Shown here one piece after another: positions 49,746-59,260 of a DNA stretch of 64,000 nt. Below the pieces are notes generated by a model, which saw only the letters and a list, made by a program, of their open reading frames with translations, searched no databases and was not told the DNA's origin. Both the position numbers and the translations under genes were made by a program. Source of the DNA: Thermodesulfobacteriota bacterium (GTDB taxonomy: Bacteria; Desulfobacterota_D; UBA1144; Nemesobacterales; UBA2774); contig OY729416.1 of NCBI GenBank assembly GCA_963422265.1, forward strand, positions 1,472,001 to 1,536,000. The letters are read 5' to 3'. The stretch's first letter is position 1; every line of letters starts with the position of its first letter.

Positions 49746-50540
49746 CTAAAAGGAGTTACAATTCCTTATAGAGTCGAAACACTTATCGCAAGGGCGAGCT
49801 CTGTATTGAACCCTTAGGACTTCTTCCTGCCAATGCGAGTTAAACAGACAGCAAGATGGGTCATCACAAAACGCCTTGCCTGTAATTTTGTGCATTATAG
49901 CCTGAAGCGCGTATGAGCGTGTTATCTGAGAGATTTTAGGATCATCATACTCTAAAAAACTGCCCCTATACAACTCGTCTAGTTCTCTTGTGTCCACACC
50001 GCTATGAATCAACCCCCCTTTAATATAGTAGTATTCCCTTGGTTTCGCCGGTGCCTCAACTAATCCCGAGGTTGAAATCAGACATGGTAAGCCCATAAGC
50101 AGAACCCTTGCATGGTACCTTTTGGTCTCGAACGTTCCGAATAGGCGGCTTGTGAATATTATATGTATGAACTCGTCGCCGAGTTGTTCAGGTGCTCTTG
50201 TAGCTAATAATTCGTATAATATCCGTTGAATCCACAAACCCTCATATAGTAAGCCCGAGGCACCTTTATGATCTTTGATCCTATTCAATTCAGAATCTAT
50301 CTGAGCGTCACACGCCTGATTAAGCTTATCCAATGGTTGGGTGATTTTGCGGACAGTTGTCCCAGCTAGTCTCTCTGCCAGTCCATACAACTGCCCGCCT
50401 TTTAGCGCTAGAAAATCAAAGATGTTACCTCTGATTGCAATACTGAACCCTAACTGACTAAGGAAATCGCCTATTAGATCAATTGAAAGGGTCTTTGAAG
50501 GGTAATCGGTATAGATAAGGACTTTGAAATTCAGGCTCAT
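49746..50540 (-). CDS. DUF6775-like putative metallopeptidase
   Basis: 'RYHAR', 'ISTSGLVEAPAKPREYY', 'FCDDPSCCLFNSHWQEE', CxxC. Confidence 0.7.
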   Translation of the reverse strand: MSLNFKVLIYTDYPSKTLSIDLIGDFLSQLGFSIAIRGNIFDFLALKGGQLYGLAERLAGTTVRKITQPLDKLNQACDAQIDSELNRIKDHKGASGLLYEGLWIQRILYELLATRAPEQLGDEFIHIIFTSRLFGTFETKRYHARVLLMGLPCLISTSGLVEAPAKPREYYYIKGGLIHSGVDTRELDELYRGSFLEYDDPKISQITRSYALQAIMHKITGKAFCDDPSCCLFNSHWQEEVLRVQYRARPCDKCFDSIRNCNSF

Positions 50541-50570
50541 GTATAAGGGAGCTTAAATAATTTGAATACG

Positions 50571-51761
50571 TTAAATAGGTCCCTTTAGCAGACTATCCCA
50601 ATACCTAATGTGAATTTTGCTCGAATATGAACGCAGCACGAAGTTGCGCAGCGAGGAAATAATTCGACTGTTTGCATAAGCGACCTTACCCATCATGCGC
50701 GACTGATCCTGTATCTTATCTACACGTAGGCGCCTTCTTGACATAAAATTGTCAAAGGCGTAAGTAACGTGCTTAGAGTCAGCCCTACAGAGTTCATCAG
50801 CCAAAACAGACGCAGATTCCATAGACATTGAAACCCCACCACCTGCAGTAGGCAGTATAGCATGAGCGGAGTCTCCGCAAAGAACGACCCTGCCCTTATG
50901 CCATCTATCCATTCTTAAGTCGTAATAATCATCGTGATACACTTCTTTGGGATCATCCAAAGCCCCTAGTATGTCAGGAACTATTCCCTGGAAGTCCTCA
51001 AAATGTTTTCTTAATCTCTCTATCCTGCTTTCAATAGGATCAGATATTCCCTCGGGGGATCTCACGCTTGTAAAAACAGAGAGACGTCCTCTTGTGGGCC
51101 AAATACCCAAAAACTTGCCGGTTCCCCAATACTCGGCTATCTGTGTGGACGAAACAACTTCAGACTTAACCCAAAAACTCCATCCAGTCATACCACTATA
51201 AGTTAGTGGAACGTCTCCAAAAACCATCTGGCGCGTTTTAGAACAAACACCATCACAACCTACTACCAGGTCAAAAGTCCCTTCCCTTCCATCCTTGAAC
51301 TTAACGAAAACCTCGTCGTTATCCTGATTTATCTCCTCTACTGTAGTGTTCATACGCACGTTATCGGGATCAACGGCCTCCCTGAGTACTTTGATCAATT
51401 CCGGTCTGTAAACGCTGATCATCGGGCCATATTTGTCTGTAACTGGAAGAACAGAATATGAGTGAAGCTTTTTACCCTTTTCATTCCATACATTGTAAGT
51501 AGAGAAAGTAAGTCCGACCTCAAGGAGCCTTTTATAAAGACCAAGACCCTTTAGAACACGGCTTCCGGATGGCCAAAGGACAATTATGTATCCAACGTCG
51601 CCATATTCTGGTATTCGTTCGATTAAAGTGGGCTTAAAACCTCTTTGCTGAAGCAAGCCCGCAAGCGTGAGACCGGAAATACCACCCCCGACTATAAGGA
51701 CACGCATTTCTGGACCGTATCTTACGGGTAGCCTGTATTTGTTAGGATTTACAGAACTCAT
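50571..51761 (-). CDS. FAD-dependent monooxygenase (UbiH/salicylate hydroxylase-like)
   Basis: 'VGGGISGL', 'LVVGCDG', 'VLCGDSAHAILP'. Confidence 0.9.
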   Translation of the reverse strand: MSSVNPNKYRLPVRYGPEMRVLIVGGGISGLTLAGLLQQRGFKPTLIERIPEYGDVGYIIVLWPSGSRVLKGLGLYKRLLEVGLTFSTYNVWNEKGKKLHSYSVLPVTDKYGPMISVYRPELIKVLREAVDPDNVRMNTTVEEINQDNDEVFVKFKDGREGTFDLVVGCDGVCSKTRQMVFGDVPLTYSGMTGWSFWVKSEVVSSTQIAEYWGTGKFLGIWPTRGRLSVFTSVRSPEGISDPIESRIERLRKHFEDFQGIVPDILGALDDPKEVYHDDYYDLRMDRWHKGRVVLCGDSAHAILPTAGGGVSMSMESASVLADELCRADSKHVTYAFDNFMSRRRLRVDKIQDQSRMMGKVAYANSRIISSLRNFVLRSYSSKIHIRYWDSLLKGPI

Positions 51762-51992
51762 CTTTTAACCAAAAAACACTCGGGACGGCTTATTATACCA
51801 GACGGCGAAGATAAGTGACAATAGGCATATTAAGACTCTCAGCAAGATCAGTCCATATGCACCATTGTTAAAACGTAATAGAAAAGGGTAAGTAATTACA
51901 GCATTATACGTTTTACGCAAATCGTAGCCACCATGTCCAGTTTGATGCTATACTGAAACTTACAAAGAATCATAAACACTGTTTATTAAAGA

Positions 51993-53147
51993 ATGGCGCA
52001 AGAGCTTAATTTATCAATCCACTACTCCATATCGGAGATAGACAAAGAACTCTATAACGAGATAATAGATTCAGAGAACCCTTTTCTTGAGTATGAATTT
52101 CTTGAGGCATTAGAGAAATCAGGCTCAGTAGGTCCCCTTACAAAGTGGAGCCCAAGGTATATAATACTTAGGGAAGGCAAGAAAATTGTAGGAGCCATTA
52201 CCTGTTACAACAAACTTGATTCCTACGGCGAGTATATATTCGACTGGGACTGGGCAAGGGCGTATGAGAGTGCGTCTATGTCATACTATCCCAAGCTCGT
52301 GGTAGCAATACCTTTCACCCCCGCTACCGGAACGCGAATTTCGGTACATCCGGACTATCCATTCAACAAATGTGCTGAGGCTCTGGTGAAACAACTCATT
52401 TCCCTATCGATTCAAGAGCGGTGCTCATCCGTGCATTTTCTTTTCCCGACAGAAAAAGAGTGCGCGTTTCTTAGTCAATTTGGCTTTCTCTCCAGAAAAA
52501 CGCACCAATATCACTGGAAAAACCGCGACTACAAGACCTTTAATGATTTCCTAGATGACGTTCGTTCAAACAGGAAGAAACAAATCCGTAGAGAAAGAAA
52601 ATCCATTCGGGAGTTAGGGCTCGACATACAAATTATGGAGAAGGATGAAATAAAAACAGAACATATTGATGCCATTTGGACGTTCTATATGGATACGCAC
52701 TTGAGAAAATGGGGAAGCGCTTATTTAAGTAGAAACTTTTTTGATCTTATGCACTCAAACTTCAGGCGAAGGATAGTGCTAGTGATGGCGAAAAATAAAA
52801 ACGGGTGGGTAGGGGGCACTTTCAATATAGTAAAGAACAATAGGTTATTTGGACGTTATTGGGGAACACTATTTAACTACAAGAATCTCCACTTTGAGTG
52901 TTGTTTCTATGGATTAATAGATTACTCTATAAAAAAGGGTATTGATGTTTTTGAGGCTGGTGCGCAGGGAGAACATAAGTTTTTAAGGGGTTTTGCTGCC
53001 GTGCCTACGTATAGTTCCCACTTGATTTTTCACGAGGGGGCAAAAGAGGCCATTAAAAACTACCTAGCACGGGAAACCACTTATACGGAGAATCTGATAG
53101 ATCAATATAACAAGCAGTCCACGCTAAAATATTTATATGGAAAGTAG
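51993..53147 (+). CDS. FemAB-like GNAT-fold protein (DUF482)
   Basis: 'SYGEYIFDWDWA', 'YYPKLVVAIPFTP', 'GRYWG', 'LHFECCFY', 'EAGAQGEHK'. Confidence 0.9.
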   Translation: MAQELNLSIHYSISEIDKELYNEIIDSENPFLEYEFLEALEKSGSVGPLTKWSPRYIILREGKKIVGAITCYNKLDSYGEYIFDWDWARAYESASMSYYPKLVVAIPFTPATGTRISVHPDYPFNKCAEALVKQLISLSIQERCSSVHFLFPTEKECAFLSQFGFLSRKTHQYHWKNRDYKTFNDFLDDVRSNRKKQIRRERKSIRELGLDIQIMEKDEIKTEHIDAIWTFYMDTHLRKWGSAYLSRNFFDLMHSNFRRRIVLVMAKNKNGWVGGTFNIVKNNRLFGRYWGTLFNYKNLHFECCFYGLIDYSIKKGIDVFEAGAQGEHKFLRGFAAVPTYSSHLIFHEGAKEAIKNYLARETTYTENLIDQYNKQSTLKYLYGK

Positions 53148-53153
53148 AACACT

Positions 53154-53495
53154 ATGGAAGACAAGATAATTATTCCCGGTGACCTTGAGGGTAATCTTCT
53201 TACAGAGGAGAGTTCCAAGCTAAAGAAGCCTGATATGTATAAGGTTGTCCTTCTTAATGATGATTATACCCCTAGGGATTTCGTCGTATGGGTTTTAGCT
53301 AGGGTGTTTTATAAAGGTCAGGAAGAATCTACAAGAATAATGCTGGAAGCCCACACGACTGGTAGAAGTGCCGTAGGAGTCTATACCCACGATGTTGCAA
53401 CGACTAAGATCGCCCAAGTGCATAAACTTGCTAGGCAATTCGAGCACCCTCTTAGATGCGTACTTGAAGTGGAAAGTGGTGGTGAAGACAAGTGA
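53154..53495 (+). CDS. clpS: ATP-dependent Clp protease adaptor ClpS
   Basis: 'YKVVLLNDDYTP', 'MLEAH', 'HPL'. Confidence 0.96.
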   Translation: MEDKIIIPGDLEGNLLTEESSKLKKPDMYKVVLLNDDYTPRDFVVWVLARVFYKGQEESTRIMLEAHTTGRSAVGVYTHDVATTKIAQVHKLARQFEHPLRCVLEVESGGEDK

Positions 53496-55738
53496 AATTA
53501 TCCAAAAAGCTCGAGGAAACGCTAAAAAGAGCATACAGCCAAGCCACAGCAAGGAAACATGAATTCATTACCTTAGAGCACATACTGCTTGAGCTTACCT
53601 TTGATCCCGACGCGTCTGAGATTTTAGCCGGATGCGGCGTGGATATTAGGGCGCTCCAAGATAAGCTTGATGAGTTTATGAATGAAAACATGCCACCTAT
53701 TGAGTCAGAATACTTACCCGATCCACAATACTCGGCAGGCAGTCAGCTTGTCCTGCGTCTAGCAGCTATGCAGGCAGAATCGGCTGATAAGTCTCAACTC
53801 AATGGCGGCAACATATTGGCTTCAATGTTTAGAGTAGATGAATCTCACGCAGTATATTTACTGCGCCAGCAGGGCATTAACCGATATGACGTAGTGCGTT
53901 ATATTTCACACGGGGCAACGCAACTCTCAAAACAGGATAAATCAGCGAGCGATACTAGAACGGATTTGGATACAGGGCAGAAGCTCAAAGATCCACTAAC
54001 TGAGCACTGCAGTAACCTAGTCCGAAAAGCAAGAGACGGAAAACTTGACCCACTGATTGGGAGAGAGGCGGAGGTTGATCGCACTGTGCATATATTAGCG
54101 AGGAGAAGAAAAAACAATCCGATATTCGTGGGCGACGCAGGCGTGGGTAAAACTGCGATAGTCGAAGGGCTCGCTCTTAGGATTGCGGAGAATAAAGTGC
54201 CACAAGCGTTGTCTAACGCCAACGTTTACGCGCTTGATATAGGTTCGCTTACCGCGGGTACGCGATACAGAGGAGATTTTGAAGAAAGACTAAAAGCAAT
54301 TATAGATAGCGCGAAAAGCAATGGAGAAAACATACTATTTATAGATGAGATTCACACCGTTATAGGTGCGGGTGCCGTATCGGGCGGAAGTTTGGACGCG
54401 TCAAATATGCTGAAACCCGCCTTGGCAAACGGTGAGATCAGATGTATTGGCACCACCACTCTAAAAGAATATAGAAGCGTATTTGAAAAAGACCATGCGC
54501 TTGCTAGAAGGTTTCAAAGGGTCGACGTGCACGAACCAAGCCAAGACGAATCCCTCAAAATCCTTCAGGGACTAAAAAAGCATTATGAAAACTTTCATAA
54601 GGTTAGATACTCAACCCCTGCACTAAGAACCGCCGTGGAACTATCATCAAAGTATATTAATGACCGAAGGCTTCCGGATAAAGCAATTGACCTTATAGAC
54701 GAGGCAGGCGCGGACGTAAAGTTAAGAACCTATAGTACACAGGTTAAGCAAGTAACCGTCAAGGATATAGAAGCCCTTGTCTCCCAGATAGCAAAGATAC
54801 CAACCCGAACCGTTAAAGTTGATGACAAAAACAGGCTTGTGAACCTGTCAGTTGATTTGAAGAAAGTAATTTTTGGACAGGACGGGGCTGTTGAGAAGCT
54901 TGTTACCACAATACAAATGTCACGATCTGGGCTCAGCGATCCTAACAAGCCGGTCGGTAGCTTCATGTTTGCAGGACCAACGGGAGTAGGAAAAACGGAA
55001 CTTGCTAAGCAACTGGCTGAGACGCTCGGAATTGAATTTATCCGTTTTGACATGAGTGAATATATGGAAAAGCACACGGTCTCGCGTCTCATCGGTTCAC
55101 CCCCCGGATACGTGGGATACGAGGAGGGCGGCCAGCTTACCGAAGCCGTCCATCAAAACCCCCATGCCATACTGCTCCTTGACGAGATTGAGAAAGCGCA
55201 CGAGGACGTATATAATGTGCTGCTGCAAGTCATGGATCATGCGTCCTTAACCGACTCAAACGGTAGAAAGGTTGACTTCAGACAGATGGTTTTAATTCTG
55301 ACCACAAACACCGGCTCGCGCGAGAGTAATCAGAGAGCAATGGGATTTGGAAAAGAGGAATATGAGGATAAAAGTGCTCAAGCAATAGAACGATATTTTA
55401 GCCCCGAGTTTAGAAATCGCTTGAACGCAACCCTTCATTTTAACTCCCTAAGTAAAGATGTTGTGGAAAGAATTGTGGATAAGATGATAAGTCAACTTGC
55501 CGAAAGACTCAGAGCTAAAAAGGTAACCATTGAGATAACCCCCAAAGCCAGAACCCACATTGCGGAGAGAGGATACGACAAGCAACTCGGGGCGAGACCG
55601 GTTCAGAGACTCATTGATAGTGAGATTACGCAGAGATTATCACAGGACATTTTATTTGGAGACTTGTCCACCGGCGGTGGAGACGTAAAGATAACCGTTA
55701 AAAACGGCAGGCTTAGATTTGTCTATAATGCAAATTAG
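53492..55738 (+). CDS. clpA: ATP-dependent Clp protease ATPase ClpA
   Basis: Two AAA+ modules ('GDAGVGKT', 'GPTGVGKT'), no ClpB middle domain, 'MGF' loop, coupled to clpS. Confidence 0.96.
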   Translation: MKLSKKLEETLKRAYSQATARKHEFITLEHILLELTFDPDASEILAGCGVDIRALQDKLDEFMNENMPPIESEYLPDPQYSAGSQLVLRLAAMQAESADKSQLNGGNILASMFRVDESHAVYLLRQQGINRYDVVRYISHGATQLSKQDKSASDTRTDLDTGQKLKDPLTEHCSNLVRKARDGKLDPLIGREAEVDRTVHILARRRKNNPIFVGDAGVGKTAIVEGLALRIAENKVPQALSNANVYALDIGSLTAGTRYRGDFEERLKAIIDSAKSNGENILFIDEIHTVIGAGAVSGGSLDASNMLKPALANGEIRCIGTTTLKEYRSVFEKDHALARRFQRVDVHEPSQDESLKILQGLKKHYENFHKVRYSTPALRTAVELSSKYINDRRLPDKAIDLIDEAGADVKLRTYSTQVKQVTVKDIEALVSQIAKIPTRTVKVDDKNRLVNLSVDLKKVIFGQDGAVEKLVTTIQMSRSGLSDPNKPVGSFMFAGPTGVGKTELAKQLAETLGIEFIRFDMSEYMEKHTVSRLIGSPPGYVGYEEGGQLTEAVHQNPHAILLLDEIEKAHEDVYNVLLQVMDHASLTDSNGRKVDFRQMVLILTTNTGSRESNQRAMGFGKEEYEDKSAQAIERYFSPEFRNRLNATLHFNSLSKDVVERIVDKMISQLAERLRAKKVTIEITPKARTHIAERGYDKQLGARPVQRLIDSEITQRLSQDILFGDLSTGGGDVKITVKNGRLRFVYNAN

Positions 55739-55891
55739 TTGACAGGTAATATGTTATAGAGCCTACCCACTACCCTCAAATATACCCTCACCCCAAAAAA
55801 TGGAGAAAGGAGGGGATATTAAATATGCTCCCCCAACCCTTAAGTGAGACCATGAAATGATTCAAAAAACTGCGAGAGATTTCTCTCTTGT

Positions 55892-56010
55892 GTGGCGAAA
55901 CTTTACGCTTCGGAAACTACTATCTGGGTAACGACAAGAGCAATTCAGATTCACGGAGGTTACGGTTATACTACTGACTTATCCCATCAAAAGATATTTC
56001 AGAGATACAG
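55892..56010 (+). pseudogene. Acyl-CoA dehydrogenase C-terminal fragment
   Basis: Manual translation VAKLYASET..AIQIHGGYGYTTD/YPIKRYFRD with a frameshift. Confidence 0.75.
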
Positions 56011-56136
56011 AGAAACGTAATAGTGCAAGAGACCCTGAGGGGGATGTAGCGCGAGGGACATTGAATAGTTTTTTGTTAATCTAGCTTCAATTTATTATGT
56101 TAAAAGCATAACATAGTTTGTATAAACGAGTTTCTG

Positions 56137-57273
56137 ATGCTAGAACGGATGAGAATAACACCATCAGTACTAAGATGGGCTAGAGAATACTCTGGTTATT
56201 CAATTGATGAGCTTACAAATATCGTCAGCAATTCTATGCAGATTGGGAAGCTGGTAAATCCTTCCCAACATATAAACAGCTAATAACTTTATCAGAAAAG
56301 TTTAAATGCCCTGTGGCAATCTTTTTCTTTCCTGGACCACCTGAAATTGCATCAATAAAGCATTCGTTTCGAACACTACCTGACGTTGAATTTCAAGCTA
56401 TGCCACGATCGGTTCGTATGCTATTGAGACGTGCCAAAGTGATGCAAATGAATTTGATTGAATTAAATGAGGGAGTTAATCCATCTCAAAACTTCATTAT
56501 CAAAGATATAAGCTTTGACCCAAACCACCCGGTAACTGACGTAGCTAAAGAAATTAGATCGTATTTATCCGTGCCCCTAAGAGAGCAGGTATCTTGGAAC
56601 GACAGGAGTGAGGAATTTAAGAAGTGGCGTAACGTGCGGTATATACGTGCTTAAAGATTCCTTCAAATCTGAAACGTTCTCAGGCTTCTGTCTTTACGAT
56701 GAACAATTTTCTATAATCTATGTGAATAATAGCAATGCGGAAAGCAGGCAAATCTTCACCCTTTTTCATGAGCTAATGTACCTATTATTCCGAACTAGTG
56801 GAGTTGATAAAGTCAGCGATGATTACATAAGCACTCTAACAAGCGAAGAAAGAAGAATTGAAGTTTACTGTAATGAATTTGCCGGAACATTTCTTGTCCC
56901 CGACGAGGATTTTCTGGCGTCAGTCAAAAATAAGGAAATTGATGATGGAACCATAGGTAGTCTGGCTAAGACGTACAGTGTTAGTCGAGAAGTTATTCTT
57001 CGCAAGCACCTCGACCAAAAAAGAATTACCAAGGGATTTTACGAGAAGAAGGTAGAGGAGTGGTCAAGACAAGCGAGAGCTAGTAGTAGTGGTGGTGGCG
57101 ACTACTATCAAACGCAAATAGCATACTTAGGGCGAGCCTACATTGATCTGGCACTAAAAAACTATTATCAGAACAAGATTGATATTGTTCAATTAGGAGA
57201 ATACTTAAATGTGAAAACAAAAAACATCAGCAAATTTGAGGACAAGTTTTTTTCATTAGGAAATGATTATTAA
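56137..57273 (+). pseudogene. XRE-HTH + ImmA/IrrE protein, two frameshifts
   Basis: 'ITPSVLRWARE' / 'WEAGKSFPTYKQL..PVAIFF' / 'RQIFTLFHELMY..EVYCNEFAGTFL' in three frames; HExxH changed to HELMY. Confidence 0.85.
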
Positions 57274-57356
57274 TGTATGTGTTTGATACTTCAGTCTTTA
57301 TCATTCTCTTTACTTATTACTATCCTGATCGGTTCCTAATTTTACAACTAGATTAG
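57273..57356 (+). pseudogene. Truncated DUF4411 (PIN-like) gene
   Basis: MYVFDTSVFIILFTYYYPDRF.. start, TAATG-coupled to ImmA, stops after 27 aa. Confidence 0.65.
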
Positions 57357-57419
57357 CTCATACACTCGGCTTGCTTTTTCATTTTTAGTTTGTCGCTCTT
57401 TATCTTTACCAAATAGCCC

Positions 57420-57713
57420 CTACCCATTAACAATATCTAAGAAGCGTCTGTTAATGGGTCCGTCCAGTAGTTCACGGATTTGTTGTAAAACCCCCGTTTC
57501 TAAACGCCAGTGATGATATTTCTCATAGTGCTCTTTGGAAGCCCACTTTTCAATTAGTACCAAATTAGCCGAATCCTCTGAATTGATGCACAGGGTTACG
57601 CCTTCGCAACCTTCAAAACTACGAGTATCAGGGAGCAATTCCGCAAAAAACTCCTCAAACGTGGGCACATTTTCCGCTTTTAATTTAGCATCTACAATAA
57701 TCATTATGCTCAT
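57420..57713 (-). CDS. ABM-family (antibiotic biosynthesis monooxygenase) protein
   Basis: 'LPDTRSFEGC', 'LIEKWASKEH'; RBS aaggagg. Confidence 0.85.
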   Translation of the reverse strand: MSIMIIVDAKLKAENVPTFEEFFAELLPDTRSFEGCEGVTLCINSEDSANLVLIEKWASKEHYEKYHHWRLETGVLQQIRELLDGPINRRFLDIVNG

Positions 57714-57749
57714 TTTAATTCCTCCTTAGTCTTAAACAACAATTTTATC

Positions 57750-57823
57750 TGGCTGGGGCACAAGGATTTGAACCTTGACTTTCGGATCCAGAGTCCGACG
57801 TACTGCCGTTATACTATGCCCCA
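57750..57823 (-). tRNA. tRNA-Gln (CTG)
   Basis: TGGGGCATAGTATAACGGCAGTACGTCGGACTCTGGATCCGAAAGTCAAGGTTCAAATCCTTGTGCCCCAGCCA. Confidence 0.95.
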
Positions 57824-57940
57824 TTGAGAGATTTTAGTATTGATAATAATCAGTGTTCAGTCAAGCCCTTTGCCTAACCTAAAGTATTGGATAACTATTT
57901 AGTAATAATGTATATTTTTATATTAGACACGGAAAATACC

Positions 57941-58318
57941 ATGCCGGATAAACGCTCGCGAATACTTGAGACTTTTCAAAGTCAGTACCGGGAAAGAGAA
58001 TATGAGATAAACATATTATGTCCTGAATTTACATGCGTATGTCCAAAAACGGGACAGCCTGATTTTGCCACCATTAATGTAAAATACGTCCCGGACGCGC
58101 TTTGTATAGAACTTAAATCGTTCAAGCTCTATATCTTCTCATACCGTAACGAAGGGGCGTTCCATGAACATGTTACCAATATGATACTTGATGACGTTGT
58201 GGAAGCTTGTAAGCCTATAAGGGCTGAAGTAGTAGGGGATTTTAACGTCCGGGGCGGCATAAAAACGGTAGTCAGAGCAAACTACCACCGAGACGAAGAG
58301 GGAAAAGCAGGCTTCTGA
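57941..58318 (+). CDS. queF: NADPH-dependent preQ0 reductase (type I)
   Basis: '[16 protein letters not shown]', 'ELKSFKLY', 'FHE', 'RGGI'. Confidence 0.95.
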   Translation: MPDKRSRILETFQSQYREREYEINILCPEFTCVCPKTGQPDFATINVKYVPDALCIELKSFKLYIFSYRNEGAFHEHVTNMILDDVVEACKPIRAEVVGDFNVRGGIKTVVRANYHRDEEGKAGF

Positions 58319-58375
58319 CCAATGTTTTCCAATGTCTTATTCAGGCTTTCCAACTAGAAATCATAGGGTAAAAAC

Positions 58376-59185
58376 TTGCTCCCAAAAACTCAAGTTATAA
58401 TAACTGCTTCAATTATAATAGGGATCATCGGAATGGCCGTCGGTGCCCCGCATATATCGCCCCATGAATATGATCAGACTAATTTTCAAAATGCCCTTAG
58501 CAAACCTGATAAGAACCATTTAATGGGAACGGATCAAGAAGGTAGGGATCTGCTGAGCAGAGTTATATATGGATCCAGGGTCTCTATTTCTGTAGCTCTA
58601 GGAACTGCATTCATAGCATTGATAATTGGAACGACATACGGGGCGGTTTCAGGATACATCGGCGGTAAGATTGATGAAGCAATGATGCGCATAGTGGATA
58701 TTTTCTATTCGCTTCCCGACCTGCTTCTAATCGTCCTAATAACGTTGATCATAGGTAGAGGGACGCTGGGCATAGTGCTCGCTTTGGGCCTTACGGCTTG
58801 GATGAGGGTAGCAAGGGTAGTAAGGGGAAGCGTGCTACAGCTTAAAGGGGTAGAATTCATTCAATCCGCAAGAGGTTTAGGAGCCTCTCCTTCGAGGATA
58901 CTAGGCGTTCATATAATTCCTAATATACTAAGTCCCCTTATCATTACGCTAACGTTTTCTGTCCCTTATGCGATACTAGCCGAATCCACTTTGAGTTTCT
59001 TGGGGCTTGGCATCGCCCCACCTGGATCTAGCTGGGGGACGCTCGCAAGCACAGGATGGCAAGGTATGAGGACGTTTCCACACCTGATAGTTTTTCCAAG
59101 CTTGGCTATATTCATTACCGCGTTTTCGTTCAATTTATTAGGAGAGGGTCTTAGAGATATGATTGATCCACAAAGAACCGTATGA
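58376..59185 (+). CDS. oppC: Peptide ABC transporter permease OppC/DppC
   Basis: 'MGTDQEGRDLLSRVIYGSRVS', 'ESTLSFLGLG', 'GLRDMIDP'. Confidence 0.88.
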   Translation: MLPKTQVIITASIIIGIIGMAVGAPHISPHEYDQTNFQNALSKPDKNHLMGTDQEGRDLLSRVIYGSRVSISVALGTAFIALIIGTTYGAVSGYIGGKIDEAMMRIVDIFYSLPDLLLIVLITLIIGRGTLGIVLALGLTAWMRVARVVRGSVLQLKGVEFIQSARGLGASPSRILGVHIIPNILSPLIITLTFSVPYAILAESTLSFLGLGIAPPGSSWGTLASTGWQGMRTFPHLIVFPSLAIFITAFSFNLLGEGLRDMIDPQRTV

Positions 59186-59260
59186 TAAATGATCGTCGGA
59201 CTTGTCTCTACGTGCTCACTTATATACACGCCAAACTCGCTGTTGACTTAGCCATTTGTT

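Noticed and set aside
57830-57940. preQ1 riboswitch upstream of queF
   Set aside because: No convincing stem-loop plus A-rich tail consensus; the region holds the divergent tRNA promoter.
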